Source: Phoronis australis
Lineage: Eukaryota; Animalia; Phoronida
Assembly: GCA_002633005.1 (NCBI GenBank)
Contig: NMRA01000302.1
Span: 126,180 to 190,179, forward strand
Length of the DNA stretch: 64,000 nucleotides
Direction: 5' to 3'
Shown: positions 10,801-21,600 of the stretch, one piece after another
Layout of the letters: each line of letters begins with the position of its first letter
Numbering within the stretch: position 1 is the stretch's first letter
Notes under the pieces: model-generated
Databases searched by the model: none
What the model was told of the DNA's origin: nothing
Seen by the model: the letters and a program-made list of their open reading frames with translations, nothing else
Translations under genes and position numbers: made by a program

Positions 10801-13549
10801 TATGTCTGAAAATGGAAATGCATTGTAGTCTCCTTAATAGAAACCTAACTACCAAGTTTCATGAAAATCCATCAATGAACTCTAAAGATACACAAGAAAA
10901 CACACAAAAAAGTTGCCCTTGGGGGCACACAAACCGATTCCTTTTTTCTTTTGTTCAGTGGTAACTTTCTGGCGCTTTATCTGCTGTGTCAAATGTTTGA
11001 TCTGACATGCTTTTGCAGACTTCAGTGAAGACTTGAGATCATGAATGGTTTTCTTTTCCTTCGAAACATACTGTAGCCGTCTCTTTAGTTTTTGTTTCCT
11101 AGGTGTTAGGACTTCTCGCTAAGAGGATGGTGTTGAGGTGGATGGCTCTGATTCAACTGAAGGGCCAGCTTCAAGCTCTGGTTGTGTCAGCTCAGGAAAT
11201 ACAGGTTCATGGTGAGGGTCAGCAACTGCGCAAGACACAGGTTCTTCACTGGGTTCAGGAACGAGAGGAAACAACTCTTCGCACACTTTAAACTGGGACA
11301 TGCTTCTTTCATTTGAAACTGATACTCTTTAGTGACCTATTCACCAGCGAGTTGATATATTGCTTCTAGTCATTTTCCAATTACCAATAAGTTCACGCTT
11401 TAAAGTTGACACAATCTCAGTCAGTGATTTGTTGCACTGTAAGAACACAGGTATGACCATTTTTCATGTTTTCACTGGGAACAGAGTTGAAGTTCTCTTG
11501 CAGGAACTGTCTTGCTTTGCCAGATTGAGATAGAGCTGACAACTTTTTTGGAGGCATTCTGAAAATATAAAAAAGACATGTAAGAAAATTAACATACCAA
11601 TGTACAGTGTCATAATATATTTGTTGTACACCAAATGATTCAGACTGCTTTGTCCTGTAATTACTATTAAACACTCACTACGAACCCTAAAACTAAAGTT
11701 TGAATTTTTTTACACTGATGTGCAACAAAGTTAAAAGCATCCTACTTAGATGCGCAACACATAACAAAAAATTATACTTTTTATGAGGCACTGATTTATC
11801 ATTTTTCAAAAAATTGAACAGTTCCTTTCCTTAATAAGTGCACTTCAAGAACTTGAAAACTACAAATGTAAAATTCTCCAGTTGTGGACACAATATCATG
11901 TCAGGCCAGTGGAATTATATTTTGTCAAATACCTCAAGAAGGTAAAGGAATCGATGTACCTACTCAATGATTTTCCAGGCACCAACTTAACTTTTGAAAG
12001 AATGACAATATTAGCAACTATTGTTGTCTCAAACTGAAGAATTTTTTTAATGTGTTTGATTAGAAAATCATTACATGTTATTCAATGAAAAAATTAACAA
12101 AAGCACTGCTGTCTTATGGAATACACAAACTGTCATAAAAAACAGTAAAACATGGCAATATTGTGAAGAAAATCTAGCCAAAATCACACTTACCGGTAAA
12201 CATTGTCAAAGAATTCGGGTTTTGAGCCAATCAAATCTCTGGGATTTGATCACGTGACCAAAATTCGCCGGACCAAGATTACCTATACTACACCTTACAA
12301 AGTCATCGATATACAAAAAATACAAATGAAAATGTATGGAACTTCATCCAAATTGATCAATTCTGCTATTAATTTACATAAATTAGTCAATCTACCTAAT
12401 TTAAGAGCAATTGTTAACCATAAACGGCAATGCTGATACACTGGTCCGTAATGGCTGGTCAGCGAGAATGCCTGCCTCGGGTCTTAACTTTCACGGAGTT
12501 AGCAGATCATGATACGGTGATTTGATTGGAATGAAATTTGGTGAACAGTTGCAAAAGATATAAAAAAAGAAAACATATTACATTTCATAAGAATCAATGC
12601 CCTACCTTTCAAAATACAAGCTGTCAAACAGGAGCGAAAAATTCCCCAACTTCTCACCAGTCACATGCTTTAACAAGAATGTAAACACAACAAAGAAAAT
12701 GACGCATGCCTAGAAGAATTTACTGTCTACGTCATCAATAATGTGGTTCCCTGTTTTCTTGGTTTCTGGAGGAGAGAGAGTGGAAATACTATAGGCACCG
12801 TGAAACAATGGCTGTCTAATCGATAATCGCCATTACGCAACATTTGGGAAAATCCAATCAGCGTTGAGATACGACTTTGTCACGTCCCTACTGTAATGCC
12901 ACTGGTATGCAAGTCAAAGTAATTGCTCAGCTTATAGTAAGCATGCATATGTACATGTAGGTTATAATTAAAAATACCGTGACTCTGGGGACGATTTTGT
13001 CAACATAATTTAAACAAATCCCTGAAAACCTTTCGAGTTTCACTAGAGCACAGCTCCTCTCACCGGTTGCCATTTTGCGGAAATTACGTGAAATCATGGC
13101 AGTTGACAAGCAAAAAGTCCAAGGGACACAAATCTTACAACTTCCACTGGATTTCAACGCAATCTACATTTTGCAAATGTCGTGCACCAGGTCACGAGGT
13201 TTGTTCAATCTCACGCTTGTTGTTGCCTAACTCATGTGAAGTCAATTGAAATTCTCTGTGGTTTTCATACACGGTGAAAAAGTTAACAGCGACCAAAAAG
13301 TGCCAGGGGCTGGAATTCTTTGCCAAAGTCATCTCAATTCATGTGGACATGCTTCATCGAAGATATGTATAAAACCAGAAAGGATCGCTGAATGAAGAAA
13401 ATAAGTGCTTTTTCAAGTGACAATTAAGTGTAAAATATTTTTTTAACAAGCTGAAAAACCGCTTATCCTATGACCTATGCCCTATGGCTAGTACTACGTA
13501 GTATAGTCCGGTTACCTATTGTCGTCAGGCTCCAAAGGTCGTCCGCCAT
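4842..13549 (-). CDS. TMEM234: Transmembrane protein 234 (EamA/DMT-like); 5 exons 13549-13516, 8312-8161, 6955-6889, 6503-6414, 4906-4842; 135 aa
   Basis: The spliced CDS is 408 nt with consistent phases: MADDLWSLTTIDQGFWLTVVAVLWGGTNPFIKRG...[39 protein letters not shown]...GEKINKESCFGMLLVLIGVYLCITSKL*. It carries the TMEM234 motifs LWGGTNP, PFxxNQSGS, LAVPxxNSL and GMxLxxIGxxLCITS. Confidence 0.92.
5562..5604 (-). ncRNA. Minimal type-I hammerhead ribozyme motif, minus-strand copy (GUA cleavage triplet, variant G12-C13-A14 core)
   Basis: The reverse complement reads GTGGC CTGATGA A GTCCTC GAGAG GAGGAC GCAAC GTA GCCAT. Confidence 0.6.
5746..5788 (+). ncRNA. Minimal type-I hammerhead ribozyme motif (GUC cleavage triplet, variant G12-C13-A14 core)
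   Basis: GTGGC (stem I) CTGATGA A GTCCTC-AAGAG-GAGGAC (stem II) GCAAC GTC GCCAT (stem I'). The canonical core would read GAAAC. Confidence 0.65.
6791..6916. repeat. Three tandem copies of a 42-bp unit spanning the 3' end and donor site of TMEM234 exon 3
   Basis: Unit AGATATCTACTCACCAGCAGATGCTAGAGTTAAATAGTAGAC repeated 3x with a few substitutions. Confidence 0.9.
9834..12890. mobile_element. hAT-superfamily DNA transposon (~3.06 kb, non-autonomous/degraded) in TMEM234 intron 1
   Basis: Perfect 15-bp TIRs TAGGGACGTGACAAA (9834-9848) / TTTGTCACGTCCCTA (12876-12890). The 8-bp TSD CTGTAATG lies at 9826-9833 and 12891-12898. An interrupted minus-strand ORF remnant occupies ~10930-11560. Confidence 0.88.
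10636..10930 (-). mobile_element. Nested HINE-like fragment inside the hAT element
   Basis: Begins AACAAG and contains CCCACTAGGGGGTGC and ACCAAGTTTCATGAAAATCC, similar to the 1047-2380 element. Confidence 0.4.
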
Positions 13550-14300
13550 CTTGTTTCGCGTGCAGCGCAACCACGCGGGACTTAGCGTTCCAATTTGGAG
13601 TGCTCGTCTGCACGTTAGGTACTAACCTCTCGGGAGAAACACGCATAGAAAAAGTGAGACTAAAATTAGTGCATTTACCGACTGTTTTTTTGAGACCACT
13701 TAAAAACTTGTCGATTTTACTAATGCACTTTTTTGTTCATTTTCAGAAGATATTTTCGAAATTAAATTTTCTTCAGACGGAACAAAAAGCAACTCAGGGA
13801 TTGTCTATGCAATGTATCTATTTGTCCCAGGCACTAACCGACACCTGNAAACTTCCGAATCGATGAATGCGGTATATCTGTGAGAGTTAAATCGAATCCT
13901 ATTCAGATCATAACTTTGAAGTGGAATAATTCGGTGAGTACAACAGCAAGTCGGTTTTATGCTTAGGCGGACGACCATTGGGTTCCCGAGTATAGTATAG
14001 TAATGAACTTACACAAGTCGGTCATTACAAGCGATAGTTCGCTGGGGTTACAAATTCTATATGAACCATAAGCACCCGAATCTTGCAATGCCTCACAAAC
14101 TGATGACAACAAAGGAGACACAGCGTTGGCGTCAGAGGTGGAAACGAGGAGCAGATAAACTCTAGAGCTTGTGATTTGAACAAAACGTGAATCACAAGGG
14201 AGCAGACATCTTGAAAACACATGCGCGATAGGCAATTTGATAGAGACTTCCGGTCGTGGTTCATTTGCCGGGAAGACAGTTGTTCACATATTTCTGTAAA
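13550..14300. promoter_or_regulatory. Bidirectional promoter region of TMEM234(-) / eIF3i(+)
   Basis: The divergent ATGs are ~750 bp apart. An ETS-type ACTTCCGG lies near 14247, and a YY1-type AAGATGGCGG overlaps the TMEM234 ATG. Confidence 0.65.
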
Positions 14301-17300
14301 ATGGTGAGAGTTTAGAGTACAGTAATCATTCGTGTTTATGATTATAGTCCTTAGATACTTTGTGCCATTGATTTTAGCTAATTTGTCGCCTCTGACTTGA
14401 AATTAGTATGTAAAATTTACATAATGTGGTTGACGTTAGCCATCCATCTAACTTCGTACCATCCAACCAGGCGAGGCTTATCATGAATATGAAGGACCCA
14501 TGAGGCTAGGATGACTTGAGCTGAGTGCACCTCTTCCCTTCAGTGTGTGGTTACTGTCGCCATCGGAGCTTATTTCCATGCCTGTGCTGTATACCATATG
14601 AGTAAGGGCTCGGGCAACAAGCAGGTAAATCGGATAGGTGAATCCCGCTTTGCCCTTCAAATGGAGAGTAATAAACAAAGTGTAGCGTAAACAACATTTC
14701 TTCTTTTTCAGAAACCCCTTATGTTACACGGGCATGAAAGGTCCATAACACAGATCAAGTACAGTCGAGAGGGGGACCTTCTGTTCTCATCGGCAAAAGA
14801 TCAAGAACCCAACGTCTGGTATTCATTAAATGGTGAACGATTAGGCACCTTCCGAGGACACAGTGGGGCTGTGTGGACATTAGATGTCAACTGTATCCTT
14901 GGCAAAAGTCGTTTTTCTGATTACCGTATGCAGTTGGGTTGATATCGGCTAAATCACAATCAAGGTCCATATTCGAGAGTTGACTGTGTTACGGTCTAAA
15001 ATAATTTTTTTTGGTCACTTACCTAATGCCAACTGAACCTCATATGCAAAGAGGTATTTAGTTGTGCAAATTAAAAAAGAATCATCAAAATTTGACAATG
15101 TTTTTGTCTGTGAATTTCATGCATTTTTAGCGTTACGAGTGGCCATTTTAAAAATTACAATTTTCAATTGTCAGCAGTAGAAATGAAATTTTTTATCAAG
15201 TAAGCAATTGCTTAGATATGACTGGGAACAACTTGAGTCACTTTTAGAATCACTTAGATGAAGTTGTGCTTAAACATTGAGAAATGGGTTCATCATAAAA
15301 CAGGCACTCGTTACGAAATTTGTAAATTCTGTTTTTCTAACCCTCACCTACTGTAAAGACGGTTAAAAACTAAAGTTCAAACTCTGTCATACAAAGAACT
15401 GCAGAATATGTTAGCCTAGGCAACACAGCAAATTACTCAATATCTAAATCAAAATCTGGATATTGACTGGGTTCTGCTATGTTGAAAATGGGCCAAAAAG
15501 GCTAACAAAATGTAGTGTACATACCCCCATGTGGAATTCAGTAACACAAATGGTCATTGCAAATGAAATTATTGCCTTTTAAATAACAACATGGTGCTTA
15601 TTTTCATCAAAGAAAATAAATGGCCATACAACATTATGTTACCATGTGATGCAGAAACAGTGATGTAGTGTACGTACCTCCCTTGTAGTGTACGTACCCC
15701 TATGTTTACAAATGCCATGCAATTAAAATATCACTGGGTAAGTGAGCAACACTGGTCATAGACAGTTTCCTTCCTTAAAATTGTTAGGTTAAAAGAGTGT
15801 TGTTTGTCAATACATTTGTTTTGAGTGAAATATTAGCATTTGTGTACTGAAAGTACCCCCATATTTTAATTTGTGCCTATTTTCAAAGTATGGCAGATAT
15901 GCACACGAATGCTGTCCTTTTTATTTTTGCTCTTTGAATTGATTTAGTAAATCAACTAACTCTCAGTAGATTCTTAGTATTTAGTTACAAACTTGACATG
16001 TCATTGAAATTACATAACTCTGTGTAGTGTACGTACCCCGATGTGAACAAATGCCGTGAAACAAAAATATTATACCGTATATAAGCAACATTTGTCAAAG
16101 ACAGTTTCATTCATTAAAAATGCTCAGTTAAAAGGGTTTTAATTACAAATACATTTGTTTTGAGTGAAGTATTAGCATTTGTGTAGTGTACGTACCCGTA
16201 TATTTTAACATGTGCTTGTTTTCAAAGAATGACAGACAGATATGCACATGTGTGCTGTGCTTTTTATTTGTTCTATTTGAATAGATTTGGTAAATGAACT
16301 AACTCTCATTAGATTCTAAGTATTTTTTATAAACCTGACAAATCATAGACATGTAGTGTATGTACCCCTGTGTAGTGTACGTACCCTCAACCTCTATGAT
16401 ATAAAGTATTGCCCACAAGTATGTTTATATACTGCTGTTCTCATGAACAATACTGATATTTCCTAAATGAATACAGTCTGACAAAAAAAAACAATGGACA
16501 TTATCAAATTTTTGGGCAATAAAATGCCACACAGGACTTGGCTAGTACTTCACATCCTAGAAGACAACGTCATGTGACAACTGATGTTGCAGAGGCAGGT
16601 TCTCTATCTCTCAAGACAACTTGCAACAAACCAACCAGTACTAGTAGAAGCAGCTCAAAACTCAAGACCATCCCATACAATTGTAACTTAGTCAAAATTT
16701 GAAGTTGATTGACTGTGTAGTGTACGTACCCCCCAACCAGTACCATTTTTTTACTATTTACAAGTGGAAAAGTGGGCCTAGCATTGCTTTAACAATTTTA
16801 ACTAACTGGTGATTGTATTGAAAACTAGGCAAATAGCACCAATAAAGTTTTTGAAAAAAGTAGTAACTTGTCATTTACTTTTTGTAAGAACATATTGCAA
16901 GAGAGGAAGTTCTCATTATACTGTGTTAAGATTATGTAATGTGTCATCATCTAGAACAACTTGATCAGCACGGTAATAACTTTTCTTACTTTAGTATGGG
17001 ATACTTCTTCAATTTGATCAAGAACTTGTTAAATTAACAGCTACCTTATGAATTTTTGCATGGTAGAAGTTGGCTGTGACCATAAGTTGTAGTGTACGTA
17101 CCCTTTTGTACAACTGTGATGCATTAGGCCATAAAATTTTATTCGGTGGTTCTTGTGCAAAAATGTTTTAGATTACAAACCTGGAATGATGGTACTTTAA
17201 AATAACCCAGCTTTTACAGTTTCATGACAATCTTTTTATGCAACGGTCCCTAAAATTTAGGGACGTCCCTAAAATTTAGGGACGTCCCTAAGACTTAAGG

Positions 17301-18605
17301 ACATCCCTAACATTTAGGGACTGTTTCATGCAACCGGGCACTGTTCCTCAATTCAAAGGAGCTTAATGGTTGTGATAGTCTCTTGCATCTAGTAAGAAAT
17401 TTTAATCAGTGCATGACATCTAGCTTGACGCACTTGGCGACTTGGCGAAAATTACAGGTCTCCAAAACTGACGTCGAAAAAAAACACTGTAATCTGTTGA
17501 ACTCTGAAAATTACGCATTGCTCTTCCATTTCTCTCTAAATCAATTCTTGGTAACGAAGAATGCAAATGATTGCATACTCTGGTGGCACTTGTTTCTTGG
17601 TCCGATTTTTGCCGAGCAATTCCGACTTCTGTCTGTTTGATGTTTGCTGGCTGCTGAGAGATTTCACGAAATAAACAGAGCAGTTGTGAACCAAAAGTAT
17701 TAAATCTAGGAAAATTGTTACTAATTTAAAGTTTGGAACTTACCACAAACTTTGAAACAAATTTTGAGGAGTTATTATCCGACTTTGATACTCGCTGTGG
17801 CTTCTATGTGGCGACTTTTTTCCGAGGTCACCAAACGCAATCTGATGTCGCATCTGTGACGTGCATGTCCCCATATCTGTTAATTTCCTGTAAAAGGTAT
17901 GATAATATGACATCTAGATTTCATTATTTTTGGAATCTCTTGTTATTTGACTGTATTCTGAATTACCATGACTGGAGATGATGGACTGATACGTTTCTAT
18001 GGCAACAGCCACTTCAAATGTTAAAGGTTAAGACAAGTCCTTAACGTACCTCTAGGGGATACCACCAAACTTCTAACAGGTTCTGCAGACAACACATGTA
18101 GGCTGTGGGATTGTGAAACAGGTACGTGGAGCTCTTGAGGTAGGCGCAGGTATACACTTTAATCTGATAAAATGACCTGGAATTTCTAGTCATGACTGTA
18201 GAGCAAGGTGGAATTCTCTGTCATTGCCATCATAGTGATCATAGGTAGATACATCCTACCTGCATGTAGAGTATCTGACGTGTGTACACTTTATTGGAAT
18301 GTTGTTGTGTGTAAGTTATGGTGGTTGCTTGGGTTTTGTTAGGTGTGCTATACTGTTTGAAGACATGTCTTGTGATGTAGAAGTTTGAAAAGCTATTTCT
18401 GCCATTCTTGGACCTCCTGCAGCAATGGTGTAAATTTTAGGTGCTCGTATTGAAATAATAATTATATGTATTAAATTATTTTTATCATTATCATTATCAT
18501 GATCATCATTGTCATCACCATCTTCATCTGAATAATTTATTGAAAACATTGGAGTGTGCATGCAAATGTTTTTCAAGTATCATCAAAAAATAAAGTCAAT
18601 TATTA

Positions 18606-18642
<37 letters not shown>

Positions 18643-21600
18643 GCTATTATTATTGTATTATTATCATTTATGTTACTGTTGTTATTATTATTAATTATTA
18701 TCATTATTAGTTTCATTAGTAATCAATATCCAATACTAACTCGAGTAGGGAAGCATTCTCTTTGAATCCCACCTCTTCCTAAAACCGCCACGATTCAGTC
18801 CCAGGTAGTACTTGTCTTTCATTTCAGGTAAAGAGATCGACGGTATTGAAGTAAAGACGGCAGTGCGAACATGTGGCTTCTCGTACTGTGGCAACACTGT
18901 CATGTTCACCACAGACAAAGCTATGGGCTACCAGTGTGAACTGAATATCTTGGATATCAGAGATGGTCGACAAATAAGTAAGTCGAACTTCACCATCAAC
19001 TAGCTACTGGATTGTCAAATGCATTTGGGTTAAAGTTAGTGCAGGACAAATTAGATTTAGCCGAAGTCCTAAATTGAAATAAATGGAGCTAACGGCGGTC
19101 AGTCTTCTCACTGGACTGTTCAGTGAACTCTTAATTGGTCAATGGTTTTATTGTGAATGTGTAATTGGAAATGTAAACTCGTTTTAAGTTAAAATATCTA
19201 AACGAAGGATCCTTCCAAAAACGGTTGTTTTCAAACATGGTCGTGGGCATGGGTTTTTAACATCCAGGGCATTTAAATCTCGAGTTAAAAAAAATGGCGC
19301 ACGTTAAACAGAACACGACATACCAAGATCGGGTAAAGAGAAGTTTCTTGTGAACTGGGAGTTGGGCATTTTTCTGAACTTAATGCTGTGTATACAAGCA
19401 ATCGGTATAAACTGACTTCAGTTGGATTAAAGAATCATTAGGTTCTTTAAAGTTCTCACCCTCCGCTGTAGCGTATTCATCCTAATTTTGCCTTTATTCA
19501 AACCATTCAATATAAGAAACCCATGAGCCGTAAATGTTCTCGTTTCTACAGTGTGTCATTCATATTGTTGCATGACAAGTTACACTACCTGCCATGGGAC
19601 ACTCAAATATCCCATGGGAGAAAGCAATGCTCCATGGCAGAGACTCCCTTTGTCCCATGGGGTGCGGGTTTTGATAATTACAGCTAATTAAAATATTATT
19701 TTGGGAAATTTTACACGAACCATTACATAATCTTACTTAATGCACCAACTTTTATCTGAAATTTTTTGAGACTTGAGAAATCACATTTCATTTGGAAACG
19801 GTTTGTCAGTAGTTGTTCCAGTCCATATTAACCTGATGCATTTCACCATTGTGTTTGACCGTTCATCGCTACCCTCATGTTGTAGTGCTCGACGCTTAGG
19901 TTGATGCCAGTTGCAAAATGCGACCTCGTGACAAACTCAGGTACCCAAAAGTGACGTCGAAAAAATTCTGTTCTTGAAAAATTACTCCCACCACATTTAA
20001 TCTCTAACTCAATTCCTCCTGCAGTCGAAAAACACAGATGATGGGTACACAGGAGGCATGTGTTTCATGGTCCGACTTGGCCTGGTTTTTGCTGAGCAAT
20101 TCCAAGTTCCGTCTGTTTACTTATGTTGTAATTTAAGCACGTGTTTGATGGGTTCTGACCAGCTGACTGCTGAGGGTGGCAAATGCACTGATTTCACAAA
20201 ATAAACAGAACTATTGTGACTAAAAGTCTTGAATCTGAAAAAATGTTAGTGATTTAAAGTTTGCATATCACCACAAATTTTGAAGAGTATTTCGGGGGAA
20301 TTATTGTCCAACTTTGGTACTGATTATGGCGACTTCATTATGACTTAGAATTTTTCCCAGGTCGCCAAACACAATCTGAAGCTGCACTGTTAAGCAGCAG
20401 GTTGCCAAATCTACCGCTGTGTTTTTACAGCAGAACTTGTCTCACTGATCAGCTTTGCATCCTTCTATTTGTTTACCTACATCATGCTTTATGCACATGC
20501 TGTTTCCGCACAAAACGACATGATTTATTTTTCTTTCCAGGAAACTCAGAACCACTACTCAGAATACCCGTTACTGATTCAAAAATTACAGCCTCGATGT
20601 GGGGTTCGTTGGATGAGTTTATTGTGACGGGACATGAAAATGGAATGCTTTGTCAATGGGATGTCAAGGTACCCCTTTTAAATTTTGGTAACCATGAACA
20701 AAGTTATGGTTACAGTTACTTATACGGTGTATGGTAACCATGATCATTTTGTTGATACGTTATAGCATTAATAATTTAGGTGTTTTGTTCAATTAACAGT
20801 CCAATGTTTATGTAAAAGGATACTTAATCTAAACATTTTCATTGATGCAAACTGATTATTTGTGGTTGCAGTTGCGTTTTCGTCTCTGAAAATATGTCTT
20901 GTTTACATTATGTTGTGTTATAATAATTCAGGTGGCTATAACTCAGATAATGTAGAAGGTGACTCCTTCCTATGGGTTCACCGTTTTCTTCTTCTTTTCG
21001 TGTCAGTCTGGTGACCGAGTAACACAGAAGACAGATGACCACTCAAACTCTGTCAACAATATTCAGGCGTCTAAAGATCTTACCATGTTCATCACCGCCT
21101 CAAAGGACCACACAGCTAAGGTAGATGGATGGCAGTGACTGTGATAAACACTTCGTCTTTGATTACCATGAGTATTTCGCTAACCGTTTTACCGTGCTTT
21201 TAGGCCCATGGGCTCATCTTCAAAATAACGCCTTTTTTCGCAGCCCTTTTTTAGCCAAGTGGTTTGTATGTTGGCACATGCACCTAAGTTTCGCTTATAA
21301 AAGCAGTTCACACAGACGCAATGTGATATAGCAGGTTGTGAAATTAGATGTCATCGGCATTTCTGTAAGATGCAAATCGGAGGGGTGTAAGTTCCACGGT
21401 ATGCTTCTCATTTGTACCCTGGACCCTTCTCGTTAGTTGTGTTTTGTCTTACCCATATATCTTGGTCCAGTTTGATGCGACTTCTGTGACTTTTACTGAA
21501 GAAGGCGTTATGTTGTTAGTGGCTAAACTCATGGTGACAGCCCACACTTCTTCTCTTTGGTAGTCTCTCAGTTGTGAGTCTTAATTTGAAGACAATCGTA

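Larger units (their letters stand above)
14893..18055 (+). other. U12-type (minor spliceosome) GT-AG intron of eIF3i
   Basis: The 5' splice site is GTATCCTT (14893). The branch site TCCTTAAC (18038-18045) lies ~10 nt before the AG, with no polypyrimidine tract. Splicing restores ...[16 protein letters not shown]. Confidence 0.92.

Noticed and set aside
18556-18765. Poly-Ile/Leu hydrophobic ORF
   Set aside because: Translation of an (ATT)n microsatellite within an eIF3i intron.
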